From: a bacterium
GTDB taxonomy: Bacteria; Patescibacteriota; Minisyncoccia; Phycocordibacterales; CAIZLB01
Length of the DNA stretch: 64,000 bases
Assembly: GCA_031411135.1 (NCBI GenBank)
Contig: JANOAN010000013.1
Coordinates: 152,424 to 216,423 of the forward strand
Reading direction: 5' to 3'
A program made the position numbers and the translations under genes. Positions 9,331-18,580 of this stretch are shown in pieces; within the stretch, counting starts at the first letter, position 1, and the number at the start of each line of letters is the position of its first letter. The notes under the pieces are model-generated. The model was not told where the DNA came from. It made no database searches and saw only the letters and a list, made by a program, of their open reading frames with translations.

Positions 9331-9825
9331 CTATTTTTTTGCTACCTTCGATAGCTTTACCTTTGCTACGACTGTTGATTTCATTGCTTCTACTGTACCG
9401 CCCGCTTTTTCAATAAGAGCTTTTGCACCTTCTGAAACTGTGCAGTTTTTGAAATTTAATTTAATGCTAATTTCACCGTTTGAAAGAATCTTTACGCTAG
9501 GATTTCGTCCTTTTGAAGTCGATAGCAAACCCTTTGAAATTAATGTTGTTGGAGAAACAGTATCGCCTGCTTTATAAACAGAACCAAGATCACCTAAGTT
9601 GATTATAACAGGCTTAGTTTGGATAGAGAAGTTAGTGTTTTTACCATGACCTCTTAGTTTAGGAAGCTTTTTGATGTAATCTCTTAATTCTGGTCGGATC
9701 TTGTGACCAGCTCGAGCCTTCTGACCCTTTGTACCTCGGCCTGAAGTCTTTCCACGCTTTCCACCACGTCCAATCTGATTGGATGTTTTTCTTTTTGTCT
9801 TTGCTTTTAGATTATGTAATTGCAT
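9331..9825 (-). CDS. rplO: 50S ribosomal protein L15
   Basis: Gly/Arg/Lys-rich N-terminus GRGGKRGKTSGRG. Position in spc operon. Confidence 0.9.
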   Translation of the reverse strand: MQLHNLKAKTKRKTSNQIGRGGKRGKTSGRGTKGQKARAGHKIRPELRDYIKKLPKLRGHGKNTNFSIQTKPVIINLGDLGSVYKAGDTVSPTTLISKGLLSTSKGRNPSVKILSNGEISIKLNFKNCTVSEGAKALIEKAGGTVEAMKSTVVAKVKLSKVAKK

Positions 9826-9832
9826 GGCAGGT

Positions 9833-10465
9833 TTATTTAGTTAAAGTCTTAGGTAAATGAGATGCCTTTGGCTTTTTAACACTTGAAAGTGCCATAATAG
9901 CAGCCTGAGCATTGTTAAGCTTGTTCTTTGTTCCAGATCGTAATTTTGCAACTACGTCTTTCACGCCTCCAAGGATCAATACGTCTCGAACAGATGAACC
10001 AGCTGCCATTCCCTTTCCAGGAGCTGGTTGGATTTCTACGCGAGAAGATGAGTATTTAGCAGACACTTCGTGAGCGATACTGCCAGTCTTTGTCATATTG
10101 ATAGTAATCAAGTGCTTCTTGGCGTTTCGAAAAGCTTTTTCTACAGCAAGAGCCGTATCAGTTCCCTTTCCTGTTCCCACACCTACGCGACCCTTCTTGT
10201 CTCCTGCAACCATTGTCACAGCGAAGCTAAATCGTCGTCCTCCTGATGAAACTCGAGTTACTCGTCTAATGTCGATAATTTTCTGATCAAATTCTGATCG
10301 TGCGCGAGGCTCTCGTCGTGGCTTTCGGTCTCCACCTCTCTGGTTTCTCTCTCGGCGAGGTGCTTCAGCATTAACAACAGATGCGTGGGGTGCAATCTGT
10401 GCAGAGTGAGTAGCTGCTACTGTTTTTACTTCTGTATTTGTTTGTGGGTTGTTGTTTTCGTTCAT
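9833..10465 (-). CDS. rpsE: 30S ribosomal protein S5 (with N-terminal extension)
   Basis: Core RVTRVSSGGRRFSFAVTMVAGDKKGRVGVGTGKG is typical of S5. Confidence 0.9.
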   Translation of the reverse strand: MNENNNPQTNTEVKTVAATHSAQIAPHASVVNAEAPRRERNQRGGDRKPRREPRARSEFDQKIIDIRRVTRVSSGGRRFSFAVTMVAGDKKGRVGVGTGKGTDTALAVEKAFRNAKKHLITINMTKTGSIAHEVSAKYSSSRVEIQPAPGKGMAAGSSVRDVLILGGVKDVVAKLRSGTKNKLNNAQAAIMALSSVKKPKASHLPKTLTK

Positions 10466-10469
10466 ATAT

Positions 10470-10817
10470 TTAAAATTCTAGACCTCCTTCTCGAGCGCCT
10501 TCTGCTACTGCTTGTACTCGACCTGTGTAAATAAATCCACCTCGATCAAAGGTAACTTTTGTAATACCTTTTGACTTTGCAAGTTTTGCAATTTCAACAC
10601 CAATTGCCTTTGCAGATTCAGTCTTGTTCTTTCCTTTTGTATTCAAAGTAGAAGCAGCAACCAAAGTCGCACCCTTATCATCGTCAATTAATTGAGCGTA
10701 CATAGCAACGTTTGATTTGTAGATAGACAATCGTGGGCGTTCTGCACTACCTGAAACCTTAGCGCGGATTCGCTTTCTTCGTCTGTCTCTTGATGATGAT
10801 AGGATGATTTTTTTCAT
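10470..10817 (-). CDS. rplR: 50S ribosomal protein L18
   Basis: RLSIYKSNVAMYAQLIDD motif. Position in spc operon. Confidence 0.9.
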   Translation of the reverse strand: MKKIILSSSRDRRRKRIRAKVSGSAERPRLSIYKSNVAMYAQLIDDDKGATLVAASTLNTKGKNKTESAKAIGVEIAKLAKSKGITKVTFDRGGFIYTGRVQAVAEGAREGGLEF

Positions 10818-10826
10818 AAATTTTTA

Positions 10827-11360
10827 TTATGCAGTTTTCTTACCCTGCTTTCGGCGGATAACTTCTTTTTCGTATCTAAAACCCTTTCCCTTATATGGTT
10901 CAGGTTTCTTCATCGCGCGAAGTGTCGCAGCAAACTGTGTTACAGATTCCTTGTTGATACCAGTAATTGTAAGAAGTCCCTTTTCAGAAGTCATTGTGAT
11001 TCCAGCTGGAATTTCAACATTAACAGGATGTGAGAATCCAAGAGCCATTTTTAAGTTTGTACCTGATACTTCGGCCTTAAATCCAATTCCTTCTAGGATA
11101 AGTTTTTCTACGTAAGGTTCAACAACACCCTTGATCATGTTTTTAACATGAGAAGCGTAAGTTCCCCAAAGAGAACTTGTCTCGATATCGTTTCGGTTAG
11201 GAGTAAGAGTAACTTCAGAGCCGTTTACATTTACAGTAACAACTGGTTTGAACTCTCTCTTTAATTCACCCTTTGGACCCTTTACAGTCAAAAGGCCATC
11301 ATTGATTTCAACTGTGACTCCTGTAGGTATTGCGATGATTTGACGGCCAATTCTTGACAT
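10827..11360 (-). CDS. rplF: 50S ribosomal protein L6
   Basis: MSRIGRQIIAIPTGVTVEI is a typical L6 start. Confidence 0.9.
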   Translation of the reverse strand: MSRIGRQIIAIPTGVTVEINDGLLTVKGPKGELKREFKPVVTVNVNGSEVTLTPNRNDIETSSLWGTYASHVKNMIKGVVEPYVEKLILEGIGFKAEVSGTNLKMALGFSHPVNVEIPAGITMTSEKGLLTITGINKESVTQFAATLRAMKKPEPYKGKGFRYEKEVIRRKQGKKTA

Positions 11361-11370
11361 ATATTTATAA

Positions 11371-11766
11371 TTACCAAATTTTGAATAAAGTTTCTCCTCC
11401 GACCTTTTCTTTTCGAGCCTGACTTCCTGTCATAATTCCCTTTGGAGTTGTTAGGATCATTACTCCAAATCCGTTCTTTACCGGTCGCAATTCCTTTGCC
11501 TTACTGTAAAGTCGGCGTGAATTCTTTGAAATCTGCTGAACATCCTGGATTTTTCCTTCTCCGTTTTCGTCATATGCCAATTCAACGTCTAATTCGATAT
11601 TAGGAATAGTTTTACCCTTTTTTGCAACAGATTTAATAAAACCCTCTTTTTGTAAAACATTTAAAATGTTTTCACGGAATTTTGTGTATGAAAAAACTAC
11701 TGTGGCCTTCTTTGCGCGGTTAGCCATTTTCAATGAGTTCAAAAGTTGTGCGGTTGTGTCTACCAT
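11371..11766 (-). CDS. rpsH: 30S ribosomal protein S8
   Basis: 131 aa, [15 protein letters not shown]... is S8-like. Operon position. Confidence 0.9.
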   Translation of the reverse strand: MVDTTAQLLNSLKMANRAKKATVVFSYTKFRENILNVLQKEGFIKSVAKKGKTIPNIELDVELAYDENGEGKIQDVQQISKNSRRLYSKAKELRPVKNGFGVMILTTPKGIMTGSQARKEKVGGETLFKIW

Positions 11767-11945
11767 GATGATTTCTTAATACCAGGAATTCTTCCTTCGT
11801 TTGCTAATTCTCTAAAACATATACGGCACATATCAAAGTCTCGCATATAGCCTCTTCCTCGACCACATCTAAAACATCGGCGAGTCAATCGGCTCTTGAA
11901 TTTTGGTGTCTTTTTTGACCTTGCTACTGTTGATGTTTTTGCCAT
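11760..11945 (-). CDS. rpsZ: 30S ribosomal protein S14 type Z (zinc-binding)
   Basis: 61 aa with CxxC...CxxC ([20 protein letters not shown]). Confidence 0.9.
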   Translation of the reverse strand: MAKTSTVARSKKTPKFKSRLTRRCFRCGRGRGYMRDFDMCRICFRELANEGRIPGIKKSSW

Positions 11946-11998
11946 TTTGTGGGTTTTTTGAGCTTAGAGATACTAACAATTTAGTAGCTCAAAGTCAA

Positions 11999-12565
11999 TT
12001 ATTTTTTACCTTTGCCTTCGTCCTTTTTAAATAAGAATCCAAGGTGGCTCATGAAAGCCTTTGTTTCCTCTGCTTTCTTGGCCGTAGACACTATAGTGAC
12101 TGCGAATCCAAACACGTCCTTTAATTCTTCATCTGAAGTTTCAGGGAAAACTGTGTGCTCTTTAACACCTAATGTGTAGTTTCCCATAGCATCGACCGAT
12201 TTGTTGCTGATTCCTCGAAAGTCTCGAGTTCGAGGAAGCGCAATATTCACCAATTTTTCAAGGAAACTCCACATTCTTTCTCCTCGAAGAGTAACCTGCC
12301 ATCCTACTGAATCTCCCTGTCGAACCTTAAATGAGGCTACCGATTTCTTAGCAGACTTTACAGTTGCCTTCTGACCTGCAATTTTAGTTAGTCGGTTTCC
12401 GATCAAATCCTTTTTCTTGTTATCCTTTATAGAACCTGTTGCTGAAGACAAAACAACCTTCACCATCTTAGGTGATTGTAATTCGTTCTTGTAGCCGAAA
12501 ACTTCCTTCATTGTATTGTAGGTAGTTGCCGCTTTTTCTTTTAGTGTGATGTGTTTTGTTGCCAT
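11999..12565 (-). CDS. rplE: 50S ribosomal protein L5
   Basis: 188 aa, conserved L5 core (VTLRGERMWSFLEKL). Operon position. Confidence 0.9.
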   Translation of the reverse strand: MATKHITLKEKAATTYNTMKEVFGYKNELQSPKMVKVVLSSATGSIKDNKKKDLIGNRLTKIAGQKATVKSAKKSVASFKVRQGDSVGWQVTLRGERMWSFLEKLVNIALPRTRDFRGISNKSVDAMGNYTLGVKEHTVFPETSDEELKDVFGFAVTIVSTAKKAEETKAFMSHLGFLFKKDEGKGKK

Positions 12566-12569
12566 AAAA

Positions 12570-12794
12570 TTATTTTACAGTTGCTAGCTTTACATTAGAA
12601 ACATGGACTGGATGTGCCACTTCGACAATCGCACCCTTTCCTGCACCTTTAGTTGACTTTTGGTGTTTCTTTTTAAGATTTACGCCTTCAATCAAAACCA
12701 TATCCAATTTAGGGAAAGCCTTAATTACCTTAGCCTTTTTGCCCTTGTCCTTTCCTGTGATTACTATGATGTTGTCGTTTTTCTTGATCTTCAT
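12570..12794 (-). CDS. rplX: 50S ribosomal protein L24
   Basis: 74 aa KOW-type MKIKKNDNIIVITGKDKGK. Confidence 0.9.
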   Translation of the reverse strand: MKIKKNDNIIVITGKDKGKKAKVIKAFPKLDMVLIEGVNLKKKHQKSTKGAGKGAIVEVAHPVHVSNVKLATVK

Positions 12795-12804
12795 AAATTT
12801 AAAA

Positions 12805-13176
12805 TTACACTATTTCTGGTGCTAACGAGCCGATTTTCTGGAAACCTCTTTCTACGATTTCTCGTGGAATTGGACCGAAGATACGACCTCCCATTGGTTC
12901 TACTTTTGATTTGTCTAGTATAACAACTGCGTTTTCATCAAATCGAACATATGAACCATCCTTTCGGCGGAAAGCTTTTCTCTGGCGAACCACTACGGCT
13001 GTTAAAACATCTTTCTTTTTAACGGCTTTTCGAGGCTGAGCTTTTTGGATAGACAAAACAACCAAGTCGCCAATTTCAGCGTATCGCTTTGCAGCAGATC
13101 CTAACACTTTGAAAATACGGCCAATCTGACCTCCTGTGTTATCCGCTATAGCTACTATTGATCGTTCTAATATCAT
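12805..13176 (-). CDS. rplN: 50S ribosomal protein L14
   Basis: MILERSIVAIADNTGGQ is a typical L14 start. Confidence 0.9.
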   Translation of the reverse strand: MILERSIVAIADNTGGQIGRIFKVLGSAAKRYAEIGDLVVLSIQKAQPRKAVKKKDVLTAVVVRQRKAFRRKDGSYVRFDENAVVILDKSKVEPMGGRIFGPIPREIVERGFQKIGSLAPEIV

Positions 13177-13186
13177 ATATTTATAA

Positions 13187-13459
13187 TTATTTTATTACGG
13201 TGAAATGCTTATCCTTTGAAATTGGTCGACATTCTCGAATTGAAACCTTATCACCAACTTTGCAAGTATTTCCTGCGTCATGTGCCTTATACTTCTTTGT
13301 GATAGTTACGTATTTTCGGTATTTTGGAACTCGAACATATCTTCCGACAGACACAACGATTGTATCTTTCATCTTTGTAGAAGTGACAATACCATCCAAA
13401 ACCTTACCCTGCAATGGTTTTGTTTCTGCTTTTTCTGTTGTAGTAGTTTTCTTTACCAT
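13187..13459 (-). CDS. rpsQ: 30S ribosomal protein S17
   Basis: 90 aa, GKVLDGIVTSTKMKDTIVVSV is S17-like. Confidence 0.9.
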   Translation of the reverse strand: MVKKTTTTEKAETKPLQGKVLDGIVTSTKMKDTIVVSVGRYVRVPKYRKYVTITKKYKAHDAGNTCKVGDKVSIRECRPISKDKHFTVIK

Positions 13460-13466
13460 ATATTTA

Positions 13467-13664
13467 TTATTTAGTTTTCGCTGCTATTGTCAATTCTGTC
13501 ATGATTCGTGCGATATCCTTTCGAAGATTTCGACCTTTTTTCAAGTCCTTAGACTTTCCCCCAGCCAATTCATACTTGAAAGCCTGAAAAACATCTCTTT
13601 TTTCCTTAAGAGTTTTTAGAAGTTCGATTTTTGACTTTCCTTTGATTTCGCTTTTCTTTTTCAT
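13467..13664 (-). CDS. rpmC: 50S ribosomal protein L29
   Basis: 65-aa helical protein at the L29 position between rplP and rpsQ. Confidence 0.85.
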   Translation of the reverse strand: MKKKSEIKGKSKIELLKTLKEKRDVFQAFKYELAGGKSKDLKKGRNLRKDIARIMTELTIAAKTK

Positions 13665-13669
13665 ATATT

Positions 13670-14089
13670 TTATGTTCGAGCTACGACCTTACCTTTAATA
13701 GGAAGCTTTGTGCTTGCCTTTCGAAGAGCCTCCTTTGCAACGTCTTCTGCAATACCGTCAATTTCGAAGATTACACGACCTGGCTTAACTTCCATACAGT
13801 AGCCCTGTACATCTCCCTTTCCAGAACCCATGGGAACTTCTGGCGGTTTAGCTGTAATAGGACGATCTGGGAAAATTCGAATCCAGATTCGACCCGTCTT
13901 TCCAACGCTTCGAGAAATTACCTTTCGAGCAGATTCGATTTGGTTTGAAGTAATTCGAGCATAAGAAGCAGTTTTCAATCCAAACTGTCCGAAGCTAAGA
14001 GTTGTACCACGTGTGTCAACACCGATCGTCTTCATGTTTCGACGATTCTTGTGCCACTTTCGGTGTTTTACTTTTTTAGGGAGTAACAT
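13670..14089 (-). CDS. rplP: 50S ribosomal protein L16
   Basis: MLLPKKVKHRKWHKNRRNMK is a typical L16 start. Confidence 0.9.
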   Translation of the reverse strand: MLLPKKVKHRKWHKNRRNMKTIGVDTRGTTLSFGQFGLKTASYARITSNQIESARKVISRSVGKTGRIWIRIFPDRPITAKPPEVPMGSGKGDVQGYCMEVKPGRVIFEIDGIAEDVAKEALRKASTKLPIKGKVVART

Positions 14090-14099
14090 GGTAGTTTAA

Positions 14100-14759
14100 T
14101 TATTTTTTATTGAAAATGTCACCCTTGTAAATCCAAACCTTAATACCGATCTGTCCGTATGGGAGAATAGCTTCGTAACGCTTGAAATCAACATCGGCTC
14201 GAAGTGTCTGTAGAGGAATTCGACCTTTCTTTAAATCTTCTCTTCGGGCCATTTCCGCTCCTCCTAATCGTCCTGATAGGAAGATTCTCACTCCCTTTAC
14301 CTCTCGAGCAGCCATAACTTTTTCAATCATTTGCTTCATTACTCGGCGGAATGGCATTCTTTTCTCAAGACCTTCTGCCACCATTTGTGCTACGATTGCA
14401 GAGCTCGCTTCTGGAACTTTAACTTCTTCGATATCCATTTTGAATTCAATTCCCTTATCACCCTTATGTTTTTGAAGGAACTTAGTAATATCATTTTTAA
14501 GTTTTACTGCACCTTCTCCGTTTCGTCCGATGATAATTCCAGGTCGAGAGGTTTGAATAATGAGTCGAAGAGTTTTTTCATTTCGCTCGATCTGAATATC
14601 AGAGACATACTGCCCGCGCATTTTCTTTTCTAGCCATTCACGAAGAAGCACGTCCACCTTAAGGTTGGTTCGATATTTTGCATGTACTGAAAACCATCGA
14701 GATTTCCAATCTCTGACGATTCCTAGTCTATGTGCATATGGGTGGACTTTGTGTGTCAT
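14100..14759 (-). CDS. rpsC: 30S ribosomal protein S3
   Basis: MTHKVHPYAHRLGIVRDWKS is a typical S3 start. Start moved to the ATG at 14757-14759 to remove the 53-nt overlap with rplV. Confidence 0.9.
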   Translation of the reverse strand: MTHKVHPYAHRLGIVRDWKSRWFSVHAKYRTNLKVDVLLREWLEKKMRGQYVSDIQIERNEKTLRLIIQTSRPGIIIGRNGEGAVKLKNDITKFLQKHKGDKGIEFKMDIEEVKVPEASSAIVAQMVAEGLEKRMPFRRVMKQMIEKVMAAREVKGVRIFLSGRLGGAEMARREDLKKGRIPLQTLRADVDFKRYEAILPYGQIGIKVWIYKGDIFNKK

Positions 14760-14763
14760 GGGT

Positions 14764-15132
14764 TTATTTTGTAGTTTTTGTTTTTGTTGCCTTAACTTTC
14801 TTTGATGGAGCCTCACTTAGAACCAATGTTACGTGACTTGAACGCTTATTCAATTTTGAAGCACTTCCACGTGCTCTCGGAAGAGAGCGCTTCATAGTAA
14901 CACCTGCGTTTACTTGAACCATAGATATTTTCAAGCCTTCAGGAGCTGTATTACCAGAGTTTTTAGCATTAGACATAGCACTGTTGATCAACTTGATCAT
15001 AGTGATAGAGGCTCGTTTTGGAGTGATCGCCAAAGCCTTTAATGCGTCCCCCGCAGTCTTTCCTCTTACAAGGTCAGCCAAAAGGCGAACTTTACGAGGT
15101 GATTGTCTGTAGTTGTGTAAGTAGGCTTTCAT
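14764..15132 (-). CDS. rplV: 50S ribosomal protein L22
   Basis: MKAYLHNYRQSPRKVRLLADLVRGK is typical of L22. Confidence 0.9.
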   Translation of the reverse strand: MKAYLHNYRQSPRKVRLLADLVRGKTAGDALKALAITPKRASITMIKLINSAMSNAKNSGNTAPEGLKISMVQVNAGVTMKRSLPRARGSASKLNKRSSHVTLVLSEAPSKKVKATKTKTTK

Positions 15133-15137
15133 ACGAT

Positions 15138-15494
15138 TTATTTCTTAGCGGCGGCAGCGGCGTCCGGTGTAGCTGCTTTAGCAGCCTTAGCAGAAGCGAT
15201 TTCAGCCTCCTTTTTAGCCTGATCCAATTCTTTTTGCATTTTACCTCCGTGTCGAACGAATTTTCGTGTTGGAGAAAACTCACCCAATCGGTGACCTACC
15301 ATTTCTTCGGCGACCAAGACCTCATTGTGGATTTTTCCGTTGTGCACTCCAAAAATGAATCCCACCATTTCTGGTGAAATTTGGCTTCGGCGTGCCCAAG
15401 TCTTAATAACCCCAGTTTCTCGTGGGTTTTTGCCCGCGATCTTTTTGAGGAGATTTTCATCTACGTATGGTCCTTTTTTGAGTGATCGTGTCAT
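15138..15494 (-). CDS. rpsS: 30S ribosomal protein S19 (Ala/Lys-rich C-terminal tail)
   Basis: [18 protein letters not shown] is a canonical S19 start. Start re-assigned to the ATG at 15492-15494 (the track used an upstream TTG). Confidence 0.9.
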   Translation of the reverse strand: MTRSLKKGPYVDENLLKKIAGKNPRETGVIKTWARRSQISPEMVGFIFGVHNGKIHNEVLVAEEMVGHRLGEFSPTRKFVRHGGKMQKELDQAKKEAEIASAKAAKAATPDAAAAAKK

Positions 15495-15576
15495 TGGTTT
15501 TTTGTAAAATGCACTGAAAAGTGCGTCTCGACATACTATCAAAATTGACAGCTAAGTCAATTTTTGTGGGTTTTTT

Positions 15577-15627
15577 GAGCACCACACTTTTGCAAAAATT
15601 CTAGATTCTTACAAAAGTGTGGTGCTC
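15577..15627. repeat. perfect 16-bp inverted repeat (hairpin) in the 143-nt rplB-rpsS spacer
   Basis: gagcaccacacttttg ... caaaagtgtggtgctc with a 19-nt loop. TTGACT-N17-TAGTAT promoter-like elements lie just downstream on the minus strand. Confidence 0.6.
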
Positions 15628-15637
15628 AAGGCGCCAA

Positions 15638-16480
15638 CTACTTGTTTTTTCCTACCTTTCGGCGAGAAATAATGAACGGGTTTGAGTACTTCTTTGATCG
15701 ACGTGACTTCTGTCCCTTTCCTGTTGGCTTTCCGTAGATAGAAATTGCGCGTCGTCGTCCTCGTCCCTGTCGTCCTTCTCCTCCTCCGTGTGGATGATCC
15801 ACTGGGTTCATCGCAGTACCTCGAACAGTTGGTCGAATACCCATCCATCTGCTTCGTCCAGCCTTTCCGTAATTCTGAAGTCTACTTTCTTCGTTTGAAA
15901 CAGATCCAATAGATGCCCATGCAGAGTCGATAATCTTTCGCACTTCAGTAGAAGGCATTTTAACTTGAGCGTAACCACCGTCGTGTGCGATTACTTCGGC
16001 AAAAGTACCAGCAGATCGAGCAAGCTTTGATCCACCTCCGGCTTTTACTTCGAGGTTGTAAATAAATGTTCCTACTGGGATGTTGATTAGAGGAAGTCGG
16101 TTACCAGCTTTGATTTCAACTTTTTCACCTACTTCGAATTTATCACCAACTTTCATAGACTTTGGAAGAACTACATATCGTTTTTCTCCATCAGCATAAT
16201 TAACAAGTGCAACGAAAGCTGTTCGGTTTGGATCGTATTCAATAGTTGCAACTGTTGCAGGAATGTTTTTCTTGTCGTAAACGAAATCGATTTCTCGGAA
16301 GTTTCGCTTGTGACCAGATCCTTTGTGTCGAGTTGTGATTCGTCCAGTGTTATTTCGTCCTACTGCTCGCTTGAAACCATGTGTAAGAGCCTTGTGAGGT
16401 TCAGTTGCAGTAATCACGTCTCGGTAAGAGATGGTGACCATGTTTCGTCTTGAGGGGCTTGTTGGATTATATCGCTTCAT
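15638..16480 (-). CDS. rplB: 50S ribosomal protein L2
   Basis: 280 aa, NPVDHPHGGGEGR motif. Confidence 0.95.
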   Translation of the reverse strand: MKRYNPTSPSRRNMVTISYRDVITATEPHKALTHGFKRAVGRNNTGRITTRHKGSGHKRNFREIDFVYDKKNIPATVATIEYDPNRTAFVALVNYADGEKRYVVLPKSMKVGDKFEVGEKVEIKAGNRLPLINIPVGTFIYNLEVKAGGGSKLARSAGTFAEVIAHDGGYAQVKMPSTEVRKIIDSAWASIGSVSNEESRLQNYGKAGRSRWMGIRPTVRGTAMNPVDHPHGGGEGRQGRGRRRAISIYGKPTGKGQKSRRSKKYSNPFIISRRKVGKNK

Positions 16481-16493
16481 ATATTTATAATTA

Positions 16494-16790
16494 TTATGCT
16501 AAGTCAATCTTGTCGCCTTTTTTAAGGTAGACGTATGCTTTTTTAATAGAAGCCTTAAGACCTGCGCGACCTCGGACAAAAGTTTTCTTCTGTGGACGGT
16601 TAACAATGTTAACAGCAATCGGAGTAACTTTGTACATTTCCTTGATAGCGGCCTTGATAGAAGACTTGTTCGCAGATTTCTGAACTTCAAAAATGTAAAT
16701 ACCTTTTTCAGCACCTAAAACTGCCTTCTCGCTAACGCGATTTTTCTTGATAACTTCTGATGTATGCTTTTTTATTGATAGATTAGTCAT
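16494..16790 (-). CDS. rplW: 50S ribosomal protein L23
   Basis: 98 aa at the operon position between rplD and rplB. Confidence 0.85.
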   Translation of the reverse strand: MTNLSIKKHTSEVIKKNRVSEKAVLGAEKGIYIFEVQKSANKSSIKAAIKEMYKVTPIAVNIVNRPQKKTFVRGRAGLKASIKKAYVYLKKGDKIDLA

Positions 16791-16799
16791 GGTATTGGT

Positions 16800-17558
16800 T
16801 TATTTCATTTTAGCTTCAAGCATTTCAACAGATTCTGCAGGATTTGAAAGTACAAGATATTTGTATTTCAAAAGTGAAACTGGATTAATGTTTCTTGTTT
16901 CAGATACTTCCATGTTGCTAAAGTTTTTGAAGCTTCGTTTTACATTTTCGCTGATTGTAGGAATCGCGATCAATGCAGAGTTAGCATTTTTAGTAAGAAG
17001 TCTCTCGAAACCAGAAACCTTTGAAAGGTTCATTGCGACCTTTACAGCAGAAGCTGTCTTTGGTTCCTTAACTTCTAAATTATTTACAAATAAAATTTCT
17101 CCGTCTCGGAATTTCTTTGAAAGAATAACGTAAAGTGCCTTTGCCTTCATTTTCTTGTTAACCTTTCGGTCAAAATTTTTGTCATTTCGTGGACCTCCAG
17201 AAACACCTCCACCAACCCAGATTGGTGAACGAGATGAACCGTGTCGAGCGCGACCAGTTCCCTTTTGCTGCCAAGGCTTTTTACCTCCTCCTCTTACCTC
17301 TCCTCTAGTTTTAGTGTGAGCGTAAGGCTTTCGAGCATCAGTCATCATTGAAGTAACAACCTGGTGAACCAAGTCTGCATTCCAATTCTGTCCGAAAACA
17401 ATTTCTGAAAGATTGATGTCGCCTGCAGATTTTCCAGCAGAGTCATATGAAGTCACCTTCAAAGAATCGGAAGAGGTAGACTTAACAGAAGCCTTCATTT
17501 TAGTCACAGCGCGAACTGCCTTAACTGGATTTTTCTTTTTTGTAGTTTCTTTTTTCAT
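16800..17558 (-). CDS. rplD: 50S ribosomal protein L4 (extended N-terminus)
   Basis: Core KPWQQKGTGRARHGSSRSPIWVGGGV is typical of L4. Confidence 0.9.
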   Translation of the reverse strand: MKKETTKKKNPVKAVRAVTKMKASVKSTSSDSLKVTSYDSAGKSAGDINLSEIVFGQNWNADLVHQVVTSMMTDARKPYAHTKTRGEVRGGGKKPWQQKGTGRARHGSSRSPIWVGGGVSGGPRNDKNFDRKVNKKMKAKALYVILSKKFRDGEILFVNNLEVKEPKTASAVKVAMNLSKVSGFERLLTKNANSALIAIPTISENVKRSFKNFSNMEVSETRNINPVSLLKYKYLVLSNPAESVEMLEAKMK

Positions 17559-17562
17559 ATAA

Positions 17563-18165
17563 TTATTTAGATCGTACTTCTACTACTGTTCCTCTTCGAC
17601 CTGGGATTGCTCCGCGGATGAACAACTCACCTGAAGTTGCGTCATATGACACAACAGTGAGATTTTTTACAGTAACCTTGTCACCTCCCATGCGTCCGGC
17701 CATTCTTCGGCCCTTGAACACACGCTGGTAACCACCGGCTCCGATAGAACCTGGTTCTCGTTCAGAGTGTTTCTGTCCGTGAGATCGTGGACCTCCACCG
17801 AAACCATGACGCTTTACTACACCTTGGAAACCCTTTGCTTTAGAGATTGCAGAAACTTCTACAACATCGCCTGAAGCGAATTCATCAGCGATTTTGTCGC
17901 CAACAGTTGTTGCGGATGTTCCCTTTAATTCTTGCAACTTTGCAAAGCTACCCAAACCTTTCATTTGTCCTGTCAAAGGTTTATTGATTCTTGATGCACG
18001 CTTTGTTCCAAAACCAATTTGAACTGCAGCATAGCCGTCTTTTTCGATAGTTTTAACCTGAGTCACAATCGCAGGAGCAGTTTTAACAACTGTCACTGGG
18101 TGAACTTTTCCGGTTTCATCGAAAAGCTGAGTCATATTCTGTTTCGTTCCTAGGATAAATTTCAT
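17563..18165 (-). CDS. rplC: 50S ribosomal protein L3
   Basis: 200 aa, [22 protein letters not shown] motif. Confidence 0.9.
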   Translation of the reverse strand: [200 protein letters not shown]

Positions 18166-18197
18166 TGGATTGTCAGTTAGTCAGTAAGAGCGACAGC

Positions 18198-18554
18198 TTA
18201 CATCATTTTTACATCGATATTAACACCGGTCGGAAGCGACAAGTTCGTTAATGATTCGATCACCTTTGCGTTTGGGTTAATAATATCGAGAAGTCTCTTG
18301 TGTACTCTCATCTCAAATTGTTCTCGCGCATTTTTGTAGACGAAAGAAGAGCGATTGACGGTGTACTTTCTAATTTCAGTCGGAAGTGGCACAGGACCAA
18401 CTACTGTTGCATCGAATCTAACTGCAGTATCAATGATTTGCTTTACAGAAGCATCCAGAATTTTTGCATCGTAAGCACGCACACGGATTCGAAGTTTCGA
18501 AACTGCGTCTGCTGATTTATCTGCGCTTTTCTTTTTTGTAGATGTTGTTGCCAT
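18198..18554 (-). CDS. rpsJ: 30S ribosomal protein S10
   Basis: RIRVRAYDAKILD...PLPTEIRKYTVNRSSFV... is an S10 core with a short N-terminal extension. Confidence 0.9.
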   Translation of the reverse strand: MATTSTKKKSADKSADAVSKLRIRVRAYDAKILDASVKQIIDTAVRFDATVVGPVPLPTEIRKYTVNRSSFVYKNAREQFEMRVHKRLLDIINPNAKVIESLTNLSLPTGVNIDVKMM

Positions 18555-18580
18555 TTTGACTTTAATTAGTGGTTGCGGTA

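Noticed and set aside
15609-15848. 79-aa ORF overlapping rplB; likewise 16499..16714 inside rplW and 1418..1675 inside ndk
   Set aside because: Alternative-frame ORFs inside well-supported conserved genes.
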